From a bacterium (GTDB taxonomy: Bacteria; DUMJ01), in contig JBMFMV010000003.1 of assembly GCA_049970495.1 (NCBI GenBank), positions 1 to 64,000 of the forward strand: a stretch of 64,000 nucleotides of DNA, given 5' to 3'. The first letter of the stretch is position 1. Each line of letters starts with the position of its first letter. This document shows, one piece after another, positions 30,469 through 40,483 of the stretch. The position numbers and the translations under genes were made by a program. The notes beneath the pieces are model-generated. The model was not told where the DNA came from, ran no database searches, and saw nothing but the letters and a program-made list of their open reading frames with translations.

Positions 30469-30902
30469 ATCTCTTTTATCTTTTTTATAGCCTCCTCCGA
30501 GTTCTTTTTTGCTTCTTTAGTTATATCAAATCCAAAATCAAAGTTGTACCCTTTTATAGATACTAGATACGACTTAGGGCATACCCCGTAAAGTTCCTTG
30601 GTTATAGCTAGAAGCATCTCTGGACTTATATGATGAGAAAAGATTGGAGTTTTGTATCTAGGGGCTATCTCTCTAATAATAAAGTCTTCCACTTGATTTA
30701 TACTAGCATCAACAAAAAAGACAAGCTCGTATCCTGAAATATCCTCACAGAGTTCAGGACCGAGCTCTTGAAGAGATATTACATCAACACTAATTTCCTC
30801 AAGTGAAAGTCTTTCAGTTACATATTCTCCAATCCCATCATCGCATCTTGCAGGATTTCCATAACCTATAATTAATATTCTAGTCCCTCTTGACGCTTCC
30901 AA
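30438..30902 (-). CDS. Hydrogenase maturation protease (HoxW-like)
   Basis: IGYGNPARCDDGIG, FVDA, SHH; follows the large subunit. Confidence 0.9.
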   Translation of the reverse strand: MEASRGTRILIIGYGNPARCDDGIGEYVTERLSLEEISVDVISLQELGPELCEDISGYELVFFVDASINQVEDFIIREIAPRYKTPIFSHHISPEMLLAITKELYGVCPKSYLVSIKGYNFDFGFDITKEAKKNSEEAIKKIKEICMSWQLQKR

Positions 30903-32307
30903 TCACCTCTCCGGTAGAACTAGAAATGATATCGATGACCATTGGCATCTTCCCTACAGCGTGAGTAGAACAGGAAAGGCATGGATCATAACATCTTATT
31001 AACCCTTCAACCCTATTAAGCATACCTTCGGTAAGATTTTTACCATCAATATATCTTTTAGCTACTTCCTCTACTCCTTTACTCATAGCCCAATTATTAT
31101 GACCAGTGGCTACTATTAGATTAACCTTTACTATTGTTCCTTTATTGTCTACCCAATAGTGATGGATAAGAGTTCCTCTAGGAGCCTCTATTACCCCTAT
31201 CCCTTCAGGTAAAATCTTATCTGTGGTGACAAGTATATCGTCTGAGAGTATATCTGGGTCTAATAGAAGTTCCTTAGCCCTCTCAGCTGCAAATAGATCC
31301 TCTATTAGTCGGGCATAGTGGTAATATAAAGACCCTTCTACTGGTTTTCCTCCATTTATGCTCTTAAAGTTTTTAAATTCTTCTTGTGCAAGAGGAGTAT
31401 CGACCTTTTCTGCAACATTTAATCTAGCTAAAGGTCCTACTCTATAAACCCCATCTGGCCATCCTAGCTTCTTATAGAATGGAAACTTCAGATAAGACCA
31501 GTCTTCTACATGTTCCCCTATATAGTTTAGATAGGTAGATCCATCAAAGAGTTCTAAGAGATTACCATCTTTATCTATAAGTTTTACCTTGCCATCATAT
31601 AGTTCTAATCCACCATTTTCTGTTACCAAACCCATATATCCACTTGGAAATACTCCAAATTCTTCTACAGTCTCTTTATTCTTCTCTATCCAATCTTTAG
31701 CTAGACTTATACCTTCTTGTATATAAGAGATCATAGAATCTATCTCTTTTAATAATTCATCTCTGTCCTTTACTGAGAGCGCATTATTTACACCACCTGG
31801 AACTGCGTAATTAGGATGTATCCTTCTCCCTGCAAGTTTGGCTATTATCTCCTGTCCAAATTTACGAAGCTTTACCGCCTTCATTGCTAACTCGGGATTT
31901 GCCTCTATTATACCGACGACATTTCTAATCTTAGGGTCTGCGTCCCACCCAAAGATTAGGTCCGGACCAGCTAACTCAAAGAAATGCATAGAATGAGATT
32001 GTATAACTTGTCCCATATGCATAAGCTCTCTAAGTAGCTTTGCTGGTCTAGGAATATCTGCAGAGATAATGGCGTCACAAGCCTTAGCAGAGGCTAGATG
32101 ATGACTTACAGGACATATACCGCAGATTCGCGGAGTTATAACTGGCATTTCATAGAACATTCTTCCTTCACTAAATTTCTCAAATCCCCTAAATTGGTCT
32201 ACATGGAAATAAGCCCTATCAACCTTACCATCATCATTTATATATATTGTTATTCTAGCATGTCCCTCTATTCTTGTTACTGGTTGGATAGTTATCTTTT
32301 GGGTCAT
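30880..32307 (-). CDS. hoxH: [NiFe]-hydrogenase large subunit, group 3d-like
   Basis: PVTRIEGH, L1 RICGICPVSHH, EAPRG, L2 DPCLSCSTH plus cleavable C-terminal tail. Confidence 0.93.
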   Translation of the reverse strand: MTQKITIQPVTRIEGHARITIYINDDGKVDRAYFHVDQFRGFEKFSEGRMFYEMPVITPRICGICPVSHHLASAKACDAIISADIPRPAKLLRELMHMGQVIQSHSMHFFELAGPDLIFGWDADPKIRNVVGIIEANPELAMKAVKLRKFGQEIIAKLAGRRIHPNYAVPGGVNNALSVKDRDELLKEIDSMISYIQEGISLAKDWIEKNKETVEEFGVFPSGYMGLVTENGGLELYDGKVKLIDKDGNLLELFDGSTYLNYIGEHVEDWSYLKFPFYKKLGWPDGVYRVGPLARLNVAEKVDTPLAQEEFKNFKSINGGKPVEGSLYYHYARLIEDLFAAERAKELLLDPDILSDDILVTTDKILPEGIGVIEAPRGTLIHHYWVDNKGTIVKVNLIVATGHNNWAMSKGVEEVAKRYIDGKNLTEGMLNRVEGLIRCYDPCLSCSTHAVGKMPMVIDIISSSTGEVIGSVKRD

Positions 32308-32319
32308 TGCTACCTCCTT

Positions 32320-32862
32320 CTAATCATACCTTAATAAATCACCAACAAGAAGCGGTTTGCGTCCCTCTACTAATTCTCTTAGTACATAATATATTGCATC
32401 AGCTCTAGGCGGACATCCAGGTATATAAAAATCTACCTTCACTATTTGATTTACTGCCTTAGCTAGCTTTGTGTGTTTACCTATCTCAGGTGAAGTAGGA
32501 ATTTTACCGTTCACTGTGCTTTCTGTCTCTATATAACCACGTCTCAATAGCTCTTCCACCGGGAAATAATTCCTCATGGTTACTATACCACCAAATACAG
32601 CACAATCGCCTATGGCTATAAGGAATTTACACTTGTCCCTCATATGTTTTACAACTTCTATATGGTGATCTGTACTAACCGCTCCTTCCAAAATACCTAT
32701 ATCTACTTCCTCTGTAGGCTCTTTAAAATCTGTTATGGGAGTAGCGTTTAACTCTACTCCCATCTTTACCAGTTCAACTAAACGTTCATCCATATCTAAT
32801 ATTGACATATGACATCCAGAACATCCATCGAGCCAATCTGTGGCTATAGTAATCTTTTTCAT
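32320..32862 (-). CDS. hoxY: [NiFe]-hydrogenase small subunit (single 4Fe-4S)
   Basis: WLDGCSGCHMS, GDCA, PGCPP; 180 aa. Confidence 0.92.
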   Translation of the reverse strand: MKKITIATDWLDGCSGCHMSILDMDERLVELVKMGVELNATPITDFKEPTEEVDIGILEGAVSTDHHIEVVKHMRDKCKFLIAIGDCAVFGGIVTMRNYFPVEELLRRGYIETESTVNGKIPTSPEIGKHTKLAKAVNQIVKVDFYIPGCPPRADAIYYVLRELVEGRKPLLVGDLLRYD

Positions 32863-32874
32863 AACTTTCCTCCT

Positions 32875-34533
32875 TTACCTTCCTAGAAGTATACTGAGGA
32901 TTTCGCCATTAGTCTTTACACCTTTTTTAGGTGTCAAAACTTTGACGAGCTTTTGTTCTATCCCCTCTATGTTTATATATGTCCCCTCTTCTTCCAACCA
33001 GATAGAGCTTGGCAGTACAATATCTGCAGATTCAACCGCTGGAGTATAATAACTAGTCTGCAAAATGACCTTATTTAAATTCTCAGGAAGTTTATCTATG
33101 TAAGGAGCAACTATATAGGCATTTTTCTTAAGAACAAAGCTTCCATTGAGTCCAATCTTTTTAGCCCCAAGATAGTTTGATGCAGGGGCAAGCCATATGA
33201 ATTTTGCTTTGCCACTTATACGAGATAAACTATCTGCTATGGTCTTGTCTATCTGGCTATATATAATAATAGGACTATTCCCTGTAAGTGCATTACCTAT
33301 GGCTTTGTCTAGGTCCTTCATTTGATATGAAAGTTTGGCAAGTTTGTTTAGGCTATTTGGTTTATCATCGACTACTATAAGTTCACCATCATTAAAGACT
33401 GCTCTCTTTACAAATGAACCTACTACACCAAAATTCTTATCCAGATCCACCCCTATTATAACAATCTTATCTGCACTTAGTATATCACTCATCTTACCGA
33501 AATTGTCTATAGGATTAGAGGTATTTTCTATTAACCCGATGTTATCTCCTAGGAGGTCTTTAAACTTAGAAAGGACCTCTAAAGGTAAAGAGGCAGAGAT
33601 ATATCCAACTGTTTCCTTTTCAGCAAGTATTTCCTTTGCCTTATCTATAGCTTCTTCCCATGTAACAGGTTCTAATTTACCATCTTTTCTTATCATAGGT
33701 TGAGTAATTCTCTCTTTTGTATCATTTAGAGGTTCATATCTACCTAACTTGCATAGAACTCCATTATTTATGGGATTCTCCCAGTCTCCTAAGATCTGTA
33801 CTATATGATTAGCCCTTTTATAAACTTCTATTCCACAACCAACACTGCAGTTTGCACATATAGTCTTTATCAATTCACTTTCTTTTCTAGTGCCAAGGTA
33901 GACGCCTTTTTTATCGGTTAATGCACCAGTAGGACAGACCTGTACGCAGAGGCCACAGGAAACACAAGAAGACTCTCCAAGAGGCACATTTAGATCGGCA
34001 GTAAGCATGGAATCAATTCCTCTTTGACTTATACCTAAGACATTGTGACCAGCCATCTCTGAACAAGCCCTGATACATCTCCTACATAGAACACACCTAT
34101 TATGGTCTACCAATATATATTGGTGACTTGTATCTACAGGGAATTTTGTTATATAAGTTGGAAGTTCGAAGTGATCCAGTCCCATAGAATAGCCTAGGTC
34201 TTGGAGCTCACAATTACCGCTCATTTCACAGTACATACAGTAGTGATTTCTCTCTGAAAAGATAAGGTTTAGTACAAATTTCCTAGCTTTTTTTACCGTT
34301 TCGGTATCTGTTTGTATCTCCATCCCTTCAGATACAGGCAGGGTGCAAGAAGCTTGCAATACCCCAGGCCTTGTTTCTACTACACACATCCTACAAGCCC
34401 CTATAGAAGTTAACTTTGGATGGTAACACAACACCGGTACATCTATTCCAATTTCTTTTAATACTTCAAGAACTGTTTTCCCCTCTTCAACCTGAGCCGG
34501 TTGTCCATTTATTTTGATATTTACTAAAGCCAT
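32875..34533 (-). CDS. HoxU/NuoG-like multi-Fe-S subunit with molybdopterin-oxidoreductase-fold C-terminus
   Basis: 2Fe-2S (LC..GACRMC..ASC), HYCMYC...C, CVLCRRCIRAC, CVSCGLCVQVCP, CANCSVGC...LC; C-terminal ADIVLP..WLEEEGTYINIEG. Confidence 0.88.
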   Translation of the reverse strand: MALVNIKINGQPAQVEEGKTVLEVLKEIGIDVPVLCYHPKLTSIGACRMCVVETRPGVLQASCTLPVSEGMEIQTDTETVKKARKFVLNLIFSERNHYCMYCEMSGNCELQDLGYSMGLDHFELPTYITKFPVDTSHQYILVDHNRCVLCRRCIRACSEMAGHNVLGISQRGIDSMLTADLNVPLGESSCVSCGLCVQVCPTGALTDKKGVYLGTRKESELIKTICANCSVGCGIEVYKRANHIVQILGDWENPINNGVLCKLGRYEPLNDTKERITQPMIRKDGKLEPVTWEEAIDKAKEILAEKETVGYISASLPLEVLSKFKDLLGDNIGLIENTSNPIDNFGKMSDILSADKIVIIGVDLDKNFGVVGSFVKRAVFNDGELIVVDDKPNSLNKLAKLSYQMKDLDKAIGNALTGNSPIIIYSQIDKTIADSLSRISGKAKFIWLAPASNYLGAKKIGLNGSFVLKKNAYIVAPYIDKLPENLNKVILQTSYYTPAVESADIVLPSSIWLEEEGTYINIEGIEQKLVKVLTPKKGVKTNGEILSILLGR

Positions 34534-34571
34534 TTAAGACCTCCTCGCTAATCTAAGAAATTACCTAAAAT

Positions 34572-34600
34572 ATTTTAAACATAAAATCTAGCCAAGTCAA
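34572..34600 (-). promoter_or_regulatory. Promoter of the hydrogenase operon
   Basis: Minus strand TTGACT-N17-TAAAAT, 38 nt upstream of the start at 34533. Confidence 0.7.
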
Positions 34601-34605
34601 GTAAT

Positions 34606-34810
34606 TGTATGAGTTACATACATTTGAGACTCCGGATTACATTTTAAACATATAATCAGTAGGAGATAAATTATTTAAGCTTTTATGTACCCTCTTAGTA
34701 GTATACAAATAACATAGTCTATAGGTAAACTTGTGTTCTATTCCTCTCCCTTTCAAGTACTTGTCAAAGACACCTAAGAATTCCGAACCATTATCTGTTT
34801 GCACAACCAT
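34606..34810 (-). mobile_element. IS481/IS3-like transposase remnant with right end
   Basis: 34810..34637(-) encodes VQTDNGSEFLGVFDKYLKGRGIEHKFTY fused directly to ..TKRVHKSLNNLSPTDY (catalytic Glu segment deleted); minus-strand end ...GTCTCAAATGTATGTAACTCATACA (IS481-like ACA terminus). Confidence 0.8.
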
Positions 34811-35164
34811 AATTAGAAGACTAGAATCATAGTTGATCCTAGCTTAAGCCAAATATGTATCATCCAAACACCTGGTAGCTCTTATAAACCTCAATCAAGA
34901 TAGACTTTCTACATCTTTTCTATTACTATTAAAGTTCTCTATTCAAATTTTAGGATATTTATCTTTCTTTATACCTTTCGCAAAGTAACCTGAACTTCTC
35001 CTCAGCCTCCTATAAAGAGTTCTCTGATTTAAGATCAGAGAATTTCCTAGAGTTAAGATACGATGCGGGTTTAGAAAAATAGATGCAACGCATGTGTCAT
35101 TTTCAAAATTGGAATTGTCTTAGGAGCGCCTACTCGAAGTCTACCAAAGTAAAAATAAATATAT

Positions 35165-35197
35165 AATAAAGTAGGGCAGATGTTTTACCTGCCCTAC
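35165..35197 (-). terminator. Intrinsic terminator after SBP gene
   Basis: GTAGGGCAG/CTGCCCTAC 9 bp stem followed by TTTATT on the minus strand. Confidence 0.75.
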
Positions 35198-35220
35198 AAA
35201 GTATTGCCATCAATAATGAT

Positions 35221-37170
35221 TTACTTCTTAAAGAAGAACTGCTCTGGACGAGCATTCTTTGGGGATCTTATGTTATCGTCCCATAGGAGCCCATCAGGGA
35301 TATTTCTAAAATTATTTTTAACTACTATAAGCTGTGGCACCTCTCCTACAAGTCCTATCATCCAGATATTCTTTTTGTGGAGGTTAATTATCTCTTTAAA
35401 GTATCTATTCCTTTGTTTTTCGTCACCTGTAACCTTTACTTTGTCCCAAAGTTCATAGATTTTTCTAATATCTCCCCTGGGTTCTTCTCCACCTTTTCCG
35501 CCAGTAGTATACCATGTTGCATATAGAGGAGCCCAAGGAGCTTCTGCTACCATCCCCAATAGATGTCCTGGATCAGAAAGAACTGCTACATTTCTATCAA
35601 AGCCCCATACTCCAACTTCTAATTCTCCAGCTCTAGCTCTTGTTACATATAGAGAACGTTCTAAAGGTTTTAACGCTACTTTTATCCCTATGTTTTCCCA
35701 GTATTTCTTTATAACTTCCATATATGGCCTGTCTCCGGAGTATTCTATAGTAATTGCTAGCGTCTTTCCATCTGGTCTTAATCTAAATCCATCTTTATCT
35801 CTCTTGGTTAGCCCCATTTTATCTAGATACTCATTCGCTTTCTTAGGATTGTATTCTGCATAAGCCTTCTCCCACTCTGGATCGTAGAAAGGTGCTCCAC
35901 TTATTATAGACGCTTGCCTAGGTTCTCCTAAACCTAGATAGAATAATTGATTTATCTCTTCTCTGTTTATAGCTAAGGATAGAGCAAATCTAAATCTTCT
36001 ATCCTCAAAGATCTTTCTTAGCACTGGGTCTTTTACGTTTTGATTAAGTAATATTGCTGGGCTAGCTCCCGTTCCTTGTGGCCATCTTAATACTCTATAA
36101 TCTCCCTTTGTTCTGTTCTCCATAAGTAGCGTGTAATCTGCAAGGGCTAATCCCCTTTCCTGCATATCCACTTCACCAGCAATAGCTTTTAGGACTGCAG
36201 TTTCTCCAGACTGTAATAGGAGATGAGTTATTCTATCGATATAGGGAAGCTGATTACCAGCTGGATCTATCTTCCAATAGTAGGGATTTCTTTCCATTAC
36301 TTGTAAGGTTACAGTATGAGGGGTGGTTGTTCTCCAGGGATAAATTACAGGTAATTCTGGATTCTGTAAGAAGTCATTCTTGTTACTAAAAAGTTGATAC
36401 CAATTTTGAAGGCCTTCCTTCTTCACAAGCTCATCTAGTTTTTCTTTAGGAGTATACTTAGGATGAAACTGTTTTAAGTAGTGTTTTGGGGCGAAGAATG
36501 TATGTCCCCCTCCCATCTTTCCTATAGATATAAGGAAAAGTGGGCTGGGTTCTTCGAAAGTAACTCTAAATGAGTATGTATCGATTTTATCTATCTTACA
36601 TGGTTTACCTCCAGCTATAAGCCATGTAGGAATTGTTGGTGTAAGCTCCTTGTTTAAAAGAATATCTTCATACCAGAACATTACGTCTTCGGTTGTTAGT
36701 GGTATCCCATCAGACCATTTTATACCCTCTCTAAGTTTAAATGTGTAGACTTTGGCGTCTCTTGAGACCTTCCAACTCTCTGCAACATTGGGTAATATTT
36801 TGGTCCCATCTTTATTAAACATTACTAAATGTTCGCTACAGAGTTTATAAGGACCGGGAGAATCTGAAAGTCCAGACCAAGTTCTTCTCCAAGTCCCCCC
36901 GTATTCTCCAATCTCCTCATAAGGTGTTACAACTAGAGGGTTTTTAGGTAATCTTTGTTCTACTGGTGGAAGTTTTCCTTGTTTCACTAATTCTGCCAAT
37001 TGTGGAGCTTCGTTGAATTTAGTAATTTTCTTGCCAGTGAGTTTCTCATAATCTGAGAGATTATAATACTCTCCTACCTCTACTTTTTCGGCACTGAAAC
37101 TTATTTTGACAAGGCTTAGAAACATACTAATGCATACAAATAGAATTGTTAATATACGCCAAATTCTCAT
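35221..37170 (-). CDS. ABC transporter substrate-binding protein, family 5
   Basis: Signal peptide; EAPQLAELVKQGKLPPVEQRLP; RNPYYWKIDPAGNQLPYID. Confidence 0.93.
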   Translation of the reverse strand: MRIWRILTILFVCISMFLSLVKISFSAEKVEVGEYYNLSDYEKLTGKKITKFNEAPQLAELVKQGKLPPVEQRLPKNPLVVTPYEEIGEYGGTWRRTWSGLSDSPGPYKLCSEHLVMFNKDGTKILPNVAESWKVSRDAKVYTFKLREGIKWSDGIPLTTEDVMFWYEDILLNKELTPTIPTWLIAGGKPCKIDKIDTYSFRVTFEEPSPLFLISIGKMGGGHTFFAPKHYLKQFHPKYTPKEKLDELVKKEGLQNWYQLFSNKNDFLQNPELPVIYPWRTTTPHTVTLQVMERNPYYWKIDPAGNQLPYIDRITHLLLQSGETAVLKAIAGEVDMQERGLALADYTLLMENRTKGDYRVLRWPQGTGASPAILLNQNVKDPVLRKIFEDRRFRFALSLAINREEINQLFYLGLGEPRQASIISGAPFYDPEWEKAYAEYNPKKANEYLDKMGLTKRDKDGFRLRPDGKTLAITIEYSGDRPYMEVIKKYWENIGIKVALKPLERSLYVTRARAGELEVGVWGFDRNVAVLSDPGHLLGMVAEAPWAPLYATWYTTGGKGGEEPRGDIRKIYELWDKVKVTGDEKQRNRYFKEIINLHKKNIWMIGLVGEVPQLIVVKNNFRNIPDGLLWDDNIRSPKNARPEQFFFKK

Positions 37171-37249
37171 ATCCTCTTACCCTCCTTTTGGTTTTTTATA
37201 GCAAAACATAGTTAAATATCCTACAAATATTGTACCACTAATTTTAAAA

Positions 37250-38635
37250 TTAGTAAAGATATCTCCAGGTTCTGCCGTCTTTTTTTATAAAGTCTTCTGC
37301 CTCTTTTGGACCAAAAGAACCTACCGAATAGATAGGAATTTGAGGATTATCCTTCCAGAATTCAATTATTGGTTGTACTATTTCCCACGCCTTTTCTATT
37401 TCATCTTCTCTTATAAATAGGGTCTGATCACCTCTAATGAGGTCTATAAAGAGTGTCTCATAAGCCTCTATATTCTGACTACTCCACTCCATAGAGGTAG
37501 GTATTGGACAGGATAGGATACTACTTCCTAGGGGCCTAAGCTGAAAACTCAGTATAATTTTATTTTCTGGGGCAATTTTAAAGCCTATTATATCTTCTTG
37601 GGGTGTACAATCTAATAACTTTGAGAACAAGCCGGGTATTTTCTTAAATACAATAATTGCTGATGTCTCTTTTTTCTTCAATTTCTTACCTGTCCTCAAA
37701 TAAAAAGGCACACCATCCCATCTGAGATTCTCTATATAAAATTTTATTCCAGCGTATGTCTCTGTATAGGACTTAGAAAGTCCTTCATCTGCTAGGTATC
37801 CTTCATACTGTCCTCTTACTGTGTATAAGGGTACCTCTTCATATCTTATTTCCTTTATACTCTTTAAGACTTTTACTTTTTCATCTCTTATGGCGTTTTC
37901 GTTTATACAGCATGGCGGTTCCATAGCTATTAATGTGAGTATCTGGATTAGATGGTTTTGTACCATATCTCTTAGAGCTCCAACTTTATCGTAGTATCCT
38001 AATCTTCCTTCTACGCCTACATCTTCTAATGCTGATATCTGTATATGATCTATGAAGTTTCTATTCCAAATCCCTTCAAAGATTATATTAGAAAATCTTA
38101 GTCCAAAGATATTTTGTACCGTCTCTTTACCTAAAAAATGGTCTATTCTATAAATCTCCTCTTCCTTAAAAAATTCTTTAATGATTCTATTAAGTCTCTT
38201 AGCAGATTCTAGATCATAGCCAAATGGCTTTTCAATGACTATTTTCCTTTTGTTAGAAAACTCTTTTAAAAGATGCCCTAGGTTTATAATTATTGATTCA
38301 AAAGTAAATGGTGGAGTAGCTAAATAGAAGATTAATTCTTCATCTTTAAATCTTGATAGAATCTCCTTTAGATTTTTATACTCCTCTATTTTGTCTAAGT
38401 CGATTCTTACAAATTCAAAGAGGGAGAAAAATCTAGGATCATCTGATTTTATAGAGGTCCTTAGCATTTGAATAAACTCTTCTTTCCCAACGTTAGGTCT
38501 TCTTCCCGTACCTATTATTTTTGAGCAGTTTATTAAATGATGTCCTCTATACAGGTTGTAAAGAACAGGGTACAATTTAGACCTTGCCAAATCTCCTAGT
38601 CCTCCAAATATTATTATTACAAATCTTCTTTCCAT
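37250..38635 (-). CDS. zwf: Glucose-6-phosphate 1-dehydrogenase
   Basis: FGGLGDLA, IEKPFG, RIDHFLGKE, RDMVQNH, RWDGVPFYLRTGK. Confidence 0.96.
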   Translation of the reverse strand: MERRFVIIIFGGLGDLARSKLYPVLYNLYRGHHLINCSKIIGTGRRPNVGKEEFIQMLRTSIKSDDPRFFSLFEFVRIDLDKIEEYKNLKEILSRFKDEELIFYLATPPFTFESIIINLGHLLKEFSNKRKIVIEKPFGYDLESAKRLNRIIKEFFKEEEIYRIDHFLGKETVQNIFGLRFSNIIFEGIWNRNFIDHIQISALEDVGVEGRLGYYDKVGALRDMVQNHLIQILTLIAMEPPCCINENAIRDEKVKVLKSIKEIRYEEVPLYTVRGQYEGYLADEGLSKSYTETYAGIKFYIENLRWDGVPFYLRTGKKLKKKETSAIIVFKKIPGLFSKLLDCTPQEDIIGFKIAPENKIILSFQLRPLGSSILSCPIPTSMEWSSQNIEAYETLFIDLIRGDQTLFIREDEIEKAWEIVQPIIEFWKDNPQIPIYSVGSFGPKEAEDFIKKDGRTWRYLY

Positions 38636-38796
38636 AAGGTTATCTACCTCTTTCTTAACATATTTTTGTAGATAAATTATATCACTTTAATGAGATTTCT
38701 TCTAAATGCTATTAAACTGAGGTTAGATTGATAACCTCTTTGATGCGCTATATACTAGTAAGCAAAAGTTTAAATTGATTGAATAGGAGGTTATAT

Positions 38797-39372
38797 ATGA
38801 AATTAAAGGGCAAAAGGGTAGTAATTCTAGTTTCTAATGAATTTGAAGATATAGAAGTCTTTTATCCATTTCTTAGACTTAGCGAAGAAGGGGCATGGAT
38901 AACTTTTGGTATATATCAGAGAGGATTTCATCCAAGGCCTGCGTTCCCTGGTAAGCCAATAACAGGAAGATTTGGACTTACTGTTCCTCCTATGTTTCAT
39001 AGAGAAGGATATAGATATGATGTAAAAGAGGCTACCGAGTTGTCCCCTGATGATTATGATGCAGTAATAATTCCGGGTGGATTTTCTCCAGACTATCTAA
39101 GGAGAGAGCCAAAGATTACCGAGTTTGTTAGTAAGATGTACGAACAGGGTAAAGTTGTAGCTGCTATATGTCATGGCCCCTGGCTTATAATCTCTGCCAA
39201 AATAGCTAAAGGAAAGAGAATAGCAGGTGTTACACCTATAAAAGATGATATAGAAAACGCAGGGGCCATCTTTGTTGATGAGCCAGTAGCAGTTGACGGA
39301 AATATAATAACAAGTAGAGTACCTGATGACCTACCTGAATTCTGTCAGGCTATAATTAACGCTATGTCATAA
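38797..39372 (+). CDS. DJ-1/PfpI family protein
   Basis: FEDIE, IIPGG, AICHGP, TSRVPDDLP; ATG after SD GGAGG. Confidence 0.92.
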   Translation: MKLKGKRVVILVSNEFEDIEVFYPFLRLSEEGAWITFGIYQRGFHPRPAFPGKPITGRFGLTVPPMFHREGYRYDVKEATELSPDDYDAVIIPGGFSPDYLRREPKITEFVSKMYEQGKVVAAICHGPWLIISAKIAKGKRIAGVTPIKDDIENAGAIFVDEPVAVDGNIITSRVPDDLPEFCQAIINAMS

Positions 39373-40374
39373 CTCCAACTTTACCACCTGGGTTAGGTTT
39401 AATGGCATGTCTGGATCTAGCCCCTTTTTTATAGCTCTATAATAACCTAGATATTGAGCAAATGGCATATAAAGGACTAACCTTAGAAATTCGTTTAGCT
39501 CTGAATCTATATTGATTCCATTACTGGTCTTATCTCCTATTATAACGTACTGTCCACCAATTTCTCTGATCTCTTCTATCACCCTTAGTTCCTCCTCTTT
39601 TGCTGAATCTGATAAGAGTAGTATTACAATAGAGTCTTTTGTTAAGCTTGCCTTTGGCCCATGTCTAAACTCTAAAGTGTGATAGGCGTTAGTAAGGGAA
39701 CTTGACATCTCTCTTACCTTTAGTGCAGATTCACAAGCAATACCGTAGAGAGGTCCTGAGCCTAAGAATATAATTTCTTTATATTCTTCCCTTGAGATTT
39801 TTTCTGCCCATTCTCTAGCAAGAGATAATACTCTTTGAGAAGATGTGGGGAGCTTTTCTTTAATAATGTTTATGTCTGACGAGTTAATCCCATTGAGTAC
39901 TCCTAATTGAACTCCAAGTAACATAGAAGTAAAAGATTTTGTCATTACAACACTATTCTCTTTTGCCGATTCTAAGATTATCGCCCTCTCACTTTTATAA
40001 GTTAACTGACTTTTAGCCTTAGTGGTTATAGAAATAAAATTTCCTTTTCCTAAAGACCTCACCTTTTCCATAGCCATCATTACCTCACTAGTCTCCCCTG
40101 ATCTAGAAATACCAAGGTATAATGTAGGTCTTTTAGATATTACAGTATTCGAGAAAAAGATAAATTCTTGAGACGGAACACCTCGAGATGGGATACCTGT
40201 ATAGTGTTGGGTAAAACTGGCTAGACTAAGGGCAAGATAATACGATGTCCCACTTCCAAAGTAAATAATCTCTTCTTTGTTTCTAATTTCTTCTATACAG
40301 GGTGGATTATCTAATATCTCTTTCCAGACCTTTGGTTGGTCTTCTATTTCTTGTCTAGTATACTCTCCATACAT
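39367..40374 (-). CDS. Double-SIS sugar-phosphate isomerase/deaminase (GlmS-C/AgaS/FrlB-like)
   Basis: GSGTS, ISRSGET, SVVMTKSF, ESALKVRE, EFRHGP, DMPLNLTQVV; no glutaminase domain. Confidence 0.88.
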   Translation of the reverse strand: MYGEYTRQEIEDQPKVWKEILDNPPCIEEIRNKEEIIYFGSGTSYYLALSLASFTQHYTGIPSRGVPSQEFIFFSNTVISKRPTLYLGISRSGETSEVMMAMEKVRSLGKGNFISITTKAKSQLTYKSERAIILESAKENSVVMTKSFTSMLLGVQLGVLNGINSSDINIIKEKLPTSSQRVLSLAREWAEKISREEYKEIIFLGSGPLYGIACESALKVREMSSSLTNAYHTLEFRHGPKASLTKDSIVILLLSDSAKEEELRVIEEIREIGGQYVIIGDKTSNGINIDSELNEFLRLVLYMPFAQYLGYYRAIKKGLDPDMPLNLTQVVKLEL

Positions 40375-40483
40375 CCTAGTCAATCCTCCTTTTTATGGCT
40401 TAACGCCTTAATTAATAAAGCTTTACTTTGTATCTAAGTCAAATAGACTATCTCTTTTACTAAGAGATTATCACCTATAATTG

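Noticed and set aside
32875..34533. Formate dehydrogenase catalytic subunit or [FeFe]-hydrogenase
   Set aside because: Too short, with no Mo/W-ligating Cys/Sec-His motif and no H-cluster motifs
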